Assembly (NCBI RefSeq): GCF_020885515.1
Contig: NZ_AP024987.1
Coordinates: forward strand, 1,230,001 to 1,262,000
DNA: 32,000 nt
Direction of reading: 5' to 3'
Source: a cyanobacterium endosymbiont of Braarudosphaera bigelowii
GTDB taxonomy: Bacteria; Cyanobacteriota; Cyanobacteriia; Cyanobacteriales; Microcystaceae
Shown here one piece after another: positions 20,759 to 30,345 of this stretch. Position 1 is the stretch's first letter, and every line of letters starts with the position of its first letter. Position numbers and translations under genes: made by a program. The notes below the pieces were generated by a model. That model worked only from the letters and a program-made list of their open reading frames with translations, had not been told where the DNA came from and did not search any database.

Positions 20759-22420
20759 TTAAATTTTTTTGAATAGACGGCTATCTGGAAAGTTACTTAC
20801 TGCTCTTTGAAGTAAATTAATAGAACGGTTATATTCAATGATTGCTTGCAAAAAATCTCCTCGTGCCTTAGACAAATCTCGTTGAGCATCTATTACATCA
20901 GTTTGGACACCTATTCCTTCTTGGAATCTTAATCTAGCTAATCTTAGTCCTTCTTCTCTAGTAATAATGTTTTTGCGTGTACTTTCGATATTTCCTTTGT
21001 TGGCAATGAGATTGTAATAAGCCTCTTCGACTTCAAATCGAATCTGACTGCGTAAATCTGCAAATTGGATATTGGCTTGATCAATTCTACGTTCTGCAGC
21101 TCTAGCACCTGCAAAAGCCCTACCACCATCAAATAGTCTCCATCTTAAACGAGTCTCAAAACGATAATTAATTAATGCTCCTAAAGCATCTTCAAATTCA
21201 TCATTAAAGCCATACTGAGCAATAATATCTAGTTTAGGGATTATTTCTGCGATCGCAATACGACGATCTTGCTTTCCTATCTCTACTTGAATGAGTTGTT
21301 GTTCTAATTCTGCACGATTTTTATATGCTTGAACTATAGTTTCTTCTAACGAAAGTTTCCAATATCCTAGTTCAGAAATATTGTCAGCAGCTGATAGCTC
21401 AACTTTTTGACCTAAATTTAAGGTTTCTGTAAGTTTTTTCCTTGCTATTCGCTGTTTTGCAACAGTTCTTGCTAATTGTTCGTTAGCAGTCGCCAAATCT
21501 CCATCTGCACGTAATATATCAAACTTAGTTCCTAAACCAGCCCTTTCTAAAAGCTGTGCATCTCTTAAAGTTTGAGTGGCATTTTCAACATCTGCTTGAG
21601 CAATAGCCACCTCAGCATCAGCATTTTGTAAAAGGTAATAATTATCTGTTGCTTCAAAACGAATTTGTTCAGCAATTTGTTCAAGCTGTAGTTGTCGACC
21701 CCTAATTTCTCGTTCTGCTTTTCTAATACGACCGTCTCTCTCACCACCAGTATAAATATCATACCGGAGGGAAACATTGAAAATTCCTGTTGTTTCCCGA
21801 GAACTTGCTGCAACTTGTTTTCTGAAACCTTGGCTAAAGTCAATAGATTGTCTCTCAAAAAACTTATGATTTAAGCGTGAATCTATATCTAAACTAGGAT
21901 AAAGCTTTGCTTCCTGCTCAATTAGTCGTGCTTTAAACTCTTCTATGACAACACGAGCATTTTCTATTTCTTGATTATTTTGTAAAGCTACAGAAATAAC
22001 TTCTCTTAGAGTAAGAGATCTATTAAGTATTATCTTAATATTGTCCTTTTTTATAGAAGATACTAAAAATTTATTATCTATACTTGTACATTCGGAAAGT
22101 GATTTTATAGAGACAGTTTTTAAGTAATCAACATATCTAAAATTAAAGGGAAAATTTACTTGTTTACAGTTGATTTCAAAAGATGATTTTATTGTGTTTA
22201 TGTAATTGCTTTTTTCAAAACTAGATTTTATCAATAAATCCTGTTTTCCTTTAAAATCATCGATATAGTTTTTAACTTGTGATTTTTTATTAGATTTTGG
22301 GAAAAGCTTTGTAGTTTCATATTCTTCTTGCATGGGGGATAAAGCCTGTGCTATCAACGACAAATTAAATAGCAATACCATTAAATAACCAGCACATGCA
22401 TAGTAATTTAGAAGAAACAT
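20759..22420 (-). CDS. TolC-like outer-membrane efflux protein (OEP family)
   Basis: The track ORF is 20759..22432 with a TTG start. I prefer the ATG at 22420, giving MFLLNYYACAGYLMVLLFNLSLIAQA, which is signal-peptide-like. The ORF shows LTLREVISVALQNNQEIENA and two long helical repeats typical of TolC/HgdD-type proteins. Confidence 0.8.
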   Translation of the reverse strand: MFLLNYYACAGYLMVLLFNLSLIAQALSPMQEEYETTKLFPKSNKKSQVKNYIDDFKGKQDLLIKSSFEKSNYINTIKSSFEINCKQVNFPFNFRYVDYLKTVSIKSLSECTSIDNKFLVSSIKKDNIKIILNRSLTLREVISVALQNNQEIENARVVIEEFKARLIEQEAKLYPSLDIDSRLNHKFFERQSIDFSQGFRKQVAASSRETTGIFNVSLRYDIYTGGERDGRIRKAEREIRGRQLQLEQIAEQIRFEATDNYYLLQNADAEVAIAQADVENATQTLRDAQLLERAGLGTKFDILRADGDLATANEQLARTVAKQRIARKKLTETLNLGQKVELSAADNISELGYWKLSLEETIVQAYKNRAELEQQLIQVEIGKQDRRIAIAEIIPKLDIIAQYGFNDEFEDALGALINYRFETRLRWRLFDGGRAFAGARAAERRIDQANIQFADLRSQIRFEVEEAYYNLIANKGNIESTRKNIITREEGLRLARLRFQEGIGVQTDVIDAQRDLSKARGDFLQAIIEYNRSINLLQRAVSNFPDSRLFKKI

Positions 22421-22725
22421 GATTTTTTGCAAAAATTAAATTTGGATAACTATAGTATTAACTAGAAAAATAAAATAGAAATACTTATCAAGGTATCATA
22501 CAGTCTACAATATATTTCATTTAATTAAAAACAGGCTAAATTGATCACCTCTTATTACATTACTTGTCATAGTTATAGTTATATGATCTTTATAATTTAA
22601 GTAAGATTCTTTTAGTCTTGACCTTCATAATTTATCATAAAAAAAATCTATATCGCATGAAATATTACATGAATATTTTTATTATTTAATAATAGAAAGT
22701 TCGGGAACCCGTACACAATGAACAG

Positions 22726-22754
22726 TTGCCAGAACTCCTAATATTTCGTTAAAT
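22726..22754 (+). promoter_or_regulatory. candidate sigma70-type groESL promoter (-35 TTGCCA, 17-nt spacer, -10 TTAAAT)
   Basis: I read this directly from the sequence. The -10 element abuts the CIRCE operator, the usual arrangement for HrcA-controlled promoters. The call is by eye only. Confidence 0.3.
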
Positions 22755-22780
22755 TAGCACTCAAGGATTAAGAGTGCTAA
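22754..22780. promoter_or_regulatory. CIRCE operator (HrcA binding site)
   Basis: The sequence is TTAGCACTC-AAGGATTAA-GAGTGCTAA, a perfect match to the consensus TTAGCACTC-N9-GAGTGCTAA. It lies 64 nt upstream of the groES ATG. Confidence 0.9.
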
Positions 22781-22844
22781 CTCTATAAAAAGTTACCTTA
22801 AAGAACTCTTGATTTTTCAATAAATATTAAAGGAGGATTTATTC

Positions 22845-23156
22845 ATGGCAGCAATCAGTATTAATGTATCTACCGTTAAGCCCCTTGGAGATCGTATTTT
22901 TCTTAAGGTCAATCCTGCTGAAGAAAAAACTGCTGGCGGTATTTTATTGCCAGATAATGCTCAAGAAAAGCCTCAAATAGGTGAAGTTGTTTCTGTTGGG
23001 CCTGGCAAACGTAATGATGATGGTAGTCGTTCTGAACTGGATGTCAAGGTAGGTGATAAAGTCCTTTACTCTAAATATGCTGGAACTGATGTCAAGCTAT
23101 CTGGAGAAGACTATGTACTACTTTCTGAAAAAGATATCCTAGCAGCTGTTGCTTAA
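22845..23156 (+). CDS. groES: co-chaperonin GroES
   Basis: This 103 aa ORF has [12 protein letters not shown] and TAGGILLPD. The RBS AAAGGAGGA is present. Confidence 0.97.
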   Translation: MAAISINVSTVKPLGDRIFLKVNPAEEKTAGGILLPDNAQEKPQIGEVVSVGPGKRNDDGSRSELDVKVGDKVLYSKYAGTDVKLSGEDYVLLSEKDILAAVA

Positions 23157-23213
23157 AATATACATAGCAAATTCTTATTAACTTTATTTAGAATTGACAT
23201 AAAAGAGGAATAA

Positions 23214-24845
<1,632 letters not shown>

Positions 24846-24852
24846 TAACTGC

Positions 24853-24925
24853 TTCTTAATTAAATAAATAAGGAATGCTCTGTCTTTTTATAAGACAGAG
24901 CATTCCTTATTTATTTAATTAAGAA
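24853..24925. terminator. 73-nt perfect hairpin (34-bp stem, 5-nt loop) between the convergent groEL and kaiC
   Basis: TTCTTAATTAAATAAATAAGGAATGCTCTGTCTT-tttat-AAGACAGAGCATTCCTTATTTATTTAATTAAGAA. I verified the arms by reverse-complementing. No U-tract is obvious on either side, so function as a bidirectional terminator is inferred from position. Confidence 0.65.
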
Positions 24926-24958
24926 TAAATTTAATCTATTTTGCCAGAAAATGTAACG

Positions 24959-26518
24959 CTATGATCCCGTTGCATCTCTAACACCATGAATAGTGTGCGA
25001 AAGTTCATTTGTCTCATTGAAAGCTACTCTAGTTTTAGAATTACTGACTATATCTTCACAGTTACGAAAAAAGTCTTGAATAATAGGGCCATTATGATTA
25101 ATAATATATTGTCTGATATTTTTATCATGCCAAGATCCCCTCATCTTAAAGACATTAATTGATTTAGACATTTTTCCATGATTTTCTACATATTTAAGCA
25201 TTAATATTGTATCTGTAATAGTAGAAATATGAGTCTCTGTAATAGAGTAATCCTCCATAAGCTGATCAGTTGTATTAGTAAAAAATCCTGTAATTTCTTC
25301 TTGTTTTACATATCCTGTGATTCCAGTTACAAATTGATGAAAAGCATTTTTTGTAACACCTCGAGCTAGAGCAGATAGAGAATCAATAGCAATACGAGAA
25401 GGTTTAAATCTGGAAATTTCTGACTTGATCATTTGTAAGTGATCTTCTAGACCAGCAGATTCTGGATAAGTACATAATAGTTTAAGAAGCCCTTTATGCT
25501 CCATTTCCTCAAAATTAATCCCCCAAGACATGGCATTACGAGACAACTGAGCCTTAGATTCTTCATAAGCAAATAAAATTACTCTTTCTTTTTGATGACA
25601 TCCTTCTTCTAAGAATTTACTTAAAAATAAAGTTTTTCCAGTTCCTGTAGTACCTGTTGCTAAAATAATAGAATCTTTGAAGAATCCCCCTCCACACATT
25701 TCATTAAGAGTTTGTACTCCAGAAGAAATACGTATGTTAGATGATCTTTGAGTTAATCTCATTGCTCCTAAAGGAAATATGTTAATTCCATCATTAATAA
25801 TAGTGAATGGATACTCTCCATTCATATGAGTTGTACCACGTAACTTGAGAATCTCAATTGTACGACGACGGCGCTCTCCTTCTAAAACATTACGTACAAC
25901 AATTACATTATCTGAGACAAATTCTTCAATACCAAATCTAGCAATTTGGCCATATTCTTCTATTCGTTCTGTAGTTAAGATAGAAGTAATTTCTAATTGT
26001 TTCAATCGAGATACAAGACGAAAAATTTCTCTTCTTATTACAGAAACAGCGTTATATTGTTGGAAAACTGTAGTTATAGAGTCAATAGAAACAAGTTTTG
26101 CTTTATATTTCTGAATGGCATATTGTATTCTTTCAATTAGTGCTGATAAATCAAAATTTTCAAATATTTCTTGTCCTTCAGGATCTGGGGACGCATCTAG
26201 AATAAATAAATAACCATCATCCACTAATTTTTGTAAGTCCCAGCCAAAACTATATGCGTTCTCAATAATATCATTTGGAGATTCTTCAAAAGTAACGAAA
26301 AGACCGGGATAGTCAAAATATTTAATCCCGTTATATAAAAATTGTATAGCAAGGAGTGTTTTTCCTGTTCCTGATGTTCCACTAACAAGTGTTGTTCTTC
26401 CTAAAGGTAGTCCTCCATGGGTTATTTCATCTAAACCATCTATCATAGTACGAATTTTACGAACACCGTTAAGAGCTAATTTTAATGGTATGTCTTTTCT
26501 TGAAAAAGGCTGATTCAT
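24959..26518 (-). CDS. kaiC: circadian clock protein KaiC (double RecA-like ATPase), apparently intact
   Basis: This 519 aa ORF has the CI Walker A GTSGTGKT with FEES, and the CII Walker A GTTGTGKT with YEES. The phospho-site segment ITETHISTITDT corresponds to T426/S431/T432 of S. elongatus KaiC. KMRGSWHDK and a C-terminal tail are present. Confidence 0.95.
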   Translation of the reverse strand: MNQPFSRKDIPLKLALNGVRKIRTMIDGLDEITHGGLPLGRTTLVSGTSGTGKTLLAIQFLYNGIKYFDYPGLFVTFEESPNDIIENAYSFGWDLQKLVDDGYLFILDASPDPEGQEIFENFDLSALIERIQYAIQKYKAKLVSIDSITTVFQQYNAVSVIRREIFRLVSRLKQLEITSILTTERIEEYGQIARFGIEEFVSDNVIVVRNVLEGERRRRTIEILKLRGTTHMNGEYPFTIINDGINIFPLGAMRLTQRSSNIRISSGVQTLNEMCGGGFFKDSIILATGTTGTGKTLFLSKFLEEGCHQKERVILFAYEESKAQLSRNAMSWGINFEEMEHKGLLKLLCTYPESAGLEDHLQMIKSEISRFKPSRIAIDSLSALARGVTKNAFHQFVTGITGYVKQEEITGFFTNTTDQLMEDYSITETHISTITDTILMLKYVENHGKMSKSINVFKMRGSWHDKNIRQYIINHNGPIIQDFFRNCEDIVSNSKTRVAFNETNELSHTIHGVRDATGS

Positions 26519-26608
26519 AACTTCTTAATTAATTATATTATATTGAAATTTTTAATGGAACAACAGAAGAAAGCTGAATCTTAAATATTTTTATAAGGAG
26601 AATCTAGC

Positions 26609-26792
26609 TTAATTTAAAAAATCTTTTTTGCTATAAAAAATTTTAGAATTGTAATCGCAGATTTGTATTAATAACCAATATATTATTTTTTATTGTAATT
26701 TCTTTAAAAAATCAATAATTTTTGTATACAAATTCTTTCAGCTTTATTTATTTATATCTATTTGGACTGTAGTAAATAATTAATTTATATAG
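26609..26792 (-). pseudogene. kaiB: decayed kaiB relic (multiple stops, at least one frameshift, internal deletions)
   Basis: It lies between the kaiA relic and kaiC. In one frame the minus strand reads LYKLIIYYSPNRYK*IKLKEFVY, compared with KaiB [32 protein letters not shown]. Shifted one frame it reads KIIDFLKKLQ*KIIYWLLIQICDYNSK, compared with KVIDVLKNPQ...DKILATPTL...RIIGDLSDRE. The motif order is collinear, but the peptides are short and AT-biased. Confidence 0.5.
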
Positions 26793-26833
26793 TTAGTTAC
26801 TGTACAGTCAGAATTCATTTTTAATCTTACAAT

Positions 26834-27200
26834 TTATTTTAAAGTAGAAAAACGATATATCTCTTCTAAATAGGCAAAGACATCAATAATAGTTAAATCA
26901 TAATCTAAAAATATTTTATATTTATCTCTTTTAACTTGATCTATTGTGGTGGTTCATCAATTAATTCCATACGAATTTTTAAAATCTGAGAAATTGATTT
27001 ATTGGTAGCAAGAGTTGTTTAATAAATTAATTAGTAAATTTACTGATTTTGACATAGTTTTAATAACTTTTTACTACTTCTCAGAAAAGTTGCAATAAGA
27101 ATATTGGTTATCTTTTCTATAATAGTTCTCCAAGTATTTAAGCTTTTAAACTAATCTGTATTTTTTTAGCAATAAAAATATTTCTCGTAATATGATTAGG
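26834..27200 (-). pseudogene. kaiA: decayed kaiA relic; the C-terminal KaiC-binding domain is recognisable and the gene may extend to about 27700
   Basis: Minus-strand fragments run in collinear order. SVNLLINLLNNSCYQ* compares with KaiA ..N.SIDNFVNMAFFAD. After a frameshift, SISQILKIRMELIDEPPQ*IKLKE compares with VTKVVEIHMELMDEFAKKLRVEG. After another frameshift, IFLDYDLTIIDVFAYLEEIYRFSTLK* compares with ILLDYRLTLIDVIAHLCEMYRRSIPRE, with about 15 of 23 residues identical by eye. A weaker match further upstream is SYYEKYFYC, compared with VYYKR...F.RNL. Confidence 0.7.
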
Positions 27201-27760
27201 CCCTAAGCATCAAGAAAAAGTGACATCATAGTTAATAAATGTTTTAATAATGAGCTTTAGCATTATATTAAAAATAATCTAGAAATTAACTATTATATTT
27301 AGTAAATCTTTCCTTTATATTAAAGTTTATTCAAAAAAGTGTAAGTGATGTTGGAATACTTTATTTACAAAGTTTGTGTAAGATATATATTACACTTAAT
27401 TTCTGCTATATTAATGGACTATTTATTAATAGTTAGTTTTCTCTAAAGAAACGTAATAGTTTTTTGACTCTAATTATGATATAGATATGATGATTTCAAT
27501 TCCTCAATTTATTATTTAGTTACTAAACAATAAGTTGATCACTAGTCTAAAGATAAATTAATGTCTCAGCATACAATGTTCTTCAAGAAAATAGGAAGAA
27601 TTCAAATGAAATCTTTCGCTAAAAATTTAACATAAATATTTATCTTTTGTTTTCACATTAGTTAAAAGTAAAGAAGACTGCATTTATTAATAAGTAAATG
27701 AAGATTAAAATAAATTATGTTCAACTTAATATTTTCATTAATAAAAGGTGATATTTAATA

Positions 27761-28237
27761 ATGATAAGATTAGCAACAAGAATTGAAGCAGTTTTATACC
27801 TTAAAGGTCAATCTCTGAGTCTGGTCGATATTGCTAAATATCTGAACTGTAAAACTGAAGTTGTACAAGATGCAATAATTGAATTAATGTCTGATTACGC
27901 ATATCGTGACAGTGCACTGGAAGTTATAGAAACAGAAAATGGTTATAGCTTACAACTCCGTCCAGTCTTTAACGATCTTACAGACAACATAATTCCTGCC
28001 GAATTAGGGAAAGCAGTGTTGAGAACTTTAGCGGCAATTGCTCTCAAGAATCCTATTGTTCAAACTGAATTAATTGAATTGAGAGGGAATAGTGCTTATC
28101 AACATGTACAAAAATTAGTAGAGCTAGATTTTATTCGTAAATATAGCAAGAAACCTGGACGTTCCTATCTTTTATCAATTACCCCTAAATTTCATCAGTA
28201 TTTCGAAATTGATCAGCTTCCAAAGTCAGTGAATTAG
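27761..28237 (+). CDS. scpB: segregation and condensation protein B (ScpB)
   Basis: This 158 aa ORF has two winged-helix modules with the ScpB pattern (IEAVLYLKGQSLSLVDIAKYL...; LGKAVLRTLAAIALKNPIVQTELIELRG). Confidence 0.8.
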   Translation: MIRLATRIEAVLYLKGQSLSLVDIAKYLNCKTEVVQDAIIELMSDYAYRDSALEVIETENGYSLQLRPVFNDLTDNIIPAELGKAVLRTLAAIALKNPIVQTELIELRGNSAYQHVQKLVELDFIRKYSKKPGRSYLLSITPKFHQYFEIDQLPKSVN

Positions 28238-28339
28238 ATTCTTAGCTATTTTTTCGAGTAAGGCTTATATTGTAATGGTATATGACAATAGCAGAACATA
28301 AATAAATTAAAATTAAACTCAAATTTGGAGTTCTAGAGA

Positions 28340-28696
28340 ATGGTATTCAACTTTGATTTTCTCTCAGAAGAACAAGATCCTAGCCCCCTCATACAATATC
28401 TTAAACAACAGCAACCTGAAACACTATCACGAATAGCACAATCTGTTAGTTTAGAAGTTGAGCAAATTATTACCAAAAATGTACAAGGACTAATGGGAAT
28501 ACTTTCTTCCGGAGACTTTAATATACGAATAGCTACTGATCGCGAAAGTCTAGATAACCTTCTTGCTTCTGCAATGATGACAGGATACTTTCTTAGTAAA
28601 ATAGAACAACGTAAAGATCTAGAAGTTAATTTTTCTAATACTGAATTTTCAAATTCAAGCTTATCTTCCAGCCAGACAGAGGAACAAAAAGAATAG
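28340..28696 (+). CDS. DUF760-family protein (conserved in cyanobacteria and plastid-bearing eukaryotes)
   Basis: This 118 aa ORF has LIQYLKQQQPETL, IITKNVQGLMGIL and LLASAMMTGYFLSKIEQR, as in DUF760. GGAG lies upstream of the ATG. Confidence 0.7.
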   Translation: MVFNFDFLSEEQDPSPLIQYLKQQQPETLSRIAQSVSLEVEQIITKNVQGLMGILSSGDFNIRIATDRESLDNLLASAMMTGYFLSKIEQRKDLEVNFSNTEFSNSSLSSSQTEEQKE

Positions 28697-28755
28697 TGAT
28701 AAGAGAAATCATAGAGAAAATTTACTTTTTTTCTATAATTTCTCTTAGTAAAAAT

Positions 28756-28851
28756 TTATCCGCCTCTAGAAAAGCTTCCCATTACAAAAGCAGATAGTAA
28801 TATTCCTGGACTTAGTAAAGCAATTAATAGCAACAATTGATCAACAGTCAT
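28756..28851 (-). CDS. candidate 31-aa single-TM peptide, unassigned
   Basis: My translation is MTVDQLLLLIALLSPGILLSAFVMGSFSRGG*. It lies 86 nt downstream of pxcA on the same strand. It has one hydrophobic helix and a polar C-terminus, like small photosynthetic or respiratory complex subunits, but I cannot match it to PetG/L/M/N or PsaI/J/M. There is no adjacent SD. Confidence 0.3.
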   Translation of the reverse strand: MTVDQLLLLIALLSPGILLSAFVMGSFSRGG

Positions 28852-28937
28852 AAATGTTATTTTAGATTGTAATATCTTCCACTTGTTAAATTAACGCAAT
28901 TCCTCCAAAATTTCGCTAAGTTAACTAAATTTTAATA

Positions 28938-30257
28938 TTATTCATTCATGTTTTTATAAGTAGCTACAGCCGAAGGAGAAATACGATTAAGATAGCGAAA
29001 TATCCAATATTTAAGTACTGTGTCCAAAATAACAGGGAATGTTGCAATAAAAAGGAAATTAAACTCTTGGTTTTCTGGTAATCCAAAATGATGGGAGATT
29101 CCTTCTAAAATAACTTCCCATCCATGTGGAGAATGAAATCCAACAAACATATCTGTAAATAGAATAATTAAAAATGCTTTGGCTGGATCACTTAATCCAT
29201 ATAAGATTTCGTCTAGAAAAGCTTTTAAAATTTCTATCTCTTTCCTACTAAAAATAACAACTATTACAAAAGCAGTGACAGAAAAAAGATCAGCAAAAAC
29301 ATTGCCAACTGAATTTATACCCTGTATCCGATATTGCTGTGTTATTTCTTGAGCTTTCTCTTTAACCTTTTCTTCAACTTTTTCTTCATTCAAAGGTTCT
29401 CTTAGTCCTATTAAGCCTTGAAATCTGAGAATTTCTTCATAATGACTCAACTCTTCAAAAGCTTCTTCTTCTAAATCTTTGTTAATAAATACTACTTGTC
29501 CATGATCTTGAAAATATTGACGAATTATTGGAGTTAATAAAAATGTTTTAGTTAACTGATGAGTCAGTAAAGGAATTATGATTAGTAGTAAAATAAATTT
29601 GATAGAAAGGGCAGTTCTTAATCGAGATTTACGATGTCTATTTAAAACCTTTTCTTCACTATCCTCTGATTTAGGATCTATTTCTTGTCTTAGTCTATTC
29701 AGTGTATCAACAAAAGATCGTGGTAAAACACCTATGTTTTGATTTATAGACTCTAGACGATGCCTATCTTTTGGAGATATATTTTCAATGTTATTAGTTT
29801 CTTCTTTTATTTTAAGTGCAGTCTGTGTTGAACTAGTAGAGTTATTTGAATTATTTTCATTTCTACTTAAGTTATATTTCAATATAATCTTGTCAATAAA
29901 TTTTAACTTTTCAAGAACAACTGTATTTTTTATAAAATTCTGTTGTTCTTCTTCATTTAGTATTTTTTCTTCATAAATATCTTGTGAGATATTTATAAAC
30001 TTTAAGAATAGTCGACTAGTTTTGAAAATATTTAGCTCTGAATTAATTTTTTTGAGATAGCTATCAATTTCTATCTTAAAATATGAAACAACACTGCTAC
30101 CATAACTAGTATGATCTTGAGATATTATTTGTCCACCAAAATATTTATCTTCAATTTCTTTTACTTTTAAAGCCATTTTATAGGCACGGTCTAAAGATCT
30201 CTCTGGAGTTGATGTCAGCCAATCAAAAGTTTTTTTAATCAAGAACTGAATTTTCAT
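28938..30257 (-). CDS. pxcA: proton-extrusion / envelope membrane protein PxcA (CemA/CotA homolog)
   Basis: This 439 aa ORF has the CemA signature at the C-terminus (FHSPHGWEVILEGI...FPVILDTVLKYWIFRYLNRISPSAVATYKNMNE). Confidence 0.9.
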   Translation of the reverse strand: MKIQFLIKKTFDWLTSTPERSLDRAYKMALKVKEIEDKYFGGQIISQDHTSYGSSVVSYFKIEIDSYLKKINSELNIFKTSRLFLKFINISQDIYEEKILNEEEQQNFIKNTVVLEKLKFIDKIILKYNLSRNENNSNNSTSSTQTALKIKEETNNIENISPKDRHRLESINQNIGVLPRSFVDTLNRLRQEIDPKSEDSEEKVLNRHRKSRLRTALSIKFILLLIIIPLLTHQLTKTFLLTPIIRQYFQDHGQVVFINKDLEEEAFEELSHYEEILRFQGLIGLREPLNEEKVEEKVKEKAQEITQQYRIQGINSVGNVFADLFSVTAFVIVVIFSRKEIEILKAFLDEILYGLSDPAKAFLIILFTDMFVGFHSPHGWEVILEGISHHFGLPENQEFNFLFIATFPVILDTVLKYWIFRYLNRISPSAVATYKNMNE

Positions 30258-30345
30258 AGTAACTAGTGCTTATTTACAATGAGTAAAAAATTAAAGAATA
30301 AAAATATTTTAGAAATGATTGTATGTTAACTAATTTAATTGAGGA

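Noticed and set aside
21249-21256. A HIP1 octamer (GCGATCGC)
   Set aside because: I noticed only one copy and it lies inside a coding region. It is not a repeat array. It is useful only as a weak cyanobacterial ancestry marker.
20944-21874. Three short ORFs (20944..21132, 21565..21858, 21692..21874) within the TolC-like gene
   Set aside because: They are alternative-frame or antisense ORFs inside a 550-aa conserved OEP-family frame.
25845-26114. An 89-aa ORF antisense to kaiC
   Set aside because: It is embedded in the conserved CI domain coding sequence of kaiC. It has no homology pattern or translation signals.
26834-27055. My initial reading of this relic as kaiB, because it lies upstream of kaiC
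   Set aside because: The collinear motifs (..IRMELIDE.., ..FLDYDLTIIDVFAYLEEIYRFS) match the KaiA C-terminal domain much better. KaiB-like fragments lie closer to kaiC, at about 26609-26792.
29788-29976. A 62-aa plus-strand ORF inside pxcA
   Set aside because: It is antisense to the low-complexity N-terminal half of pxcA, and the peptide is F, S and L-rich noise.
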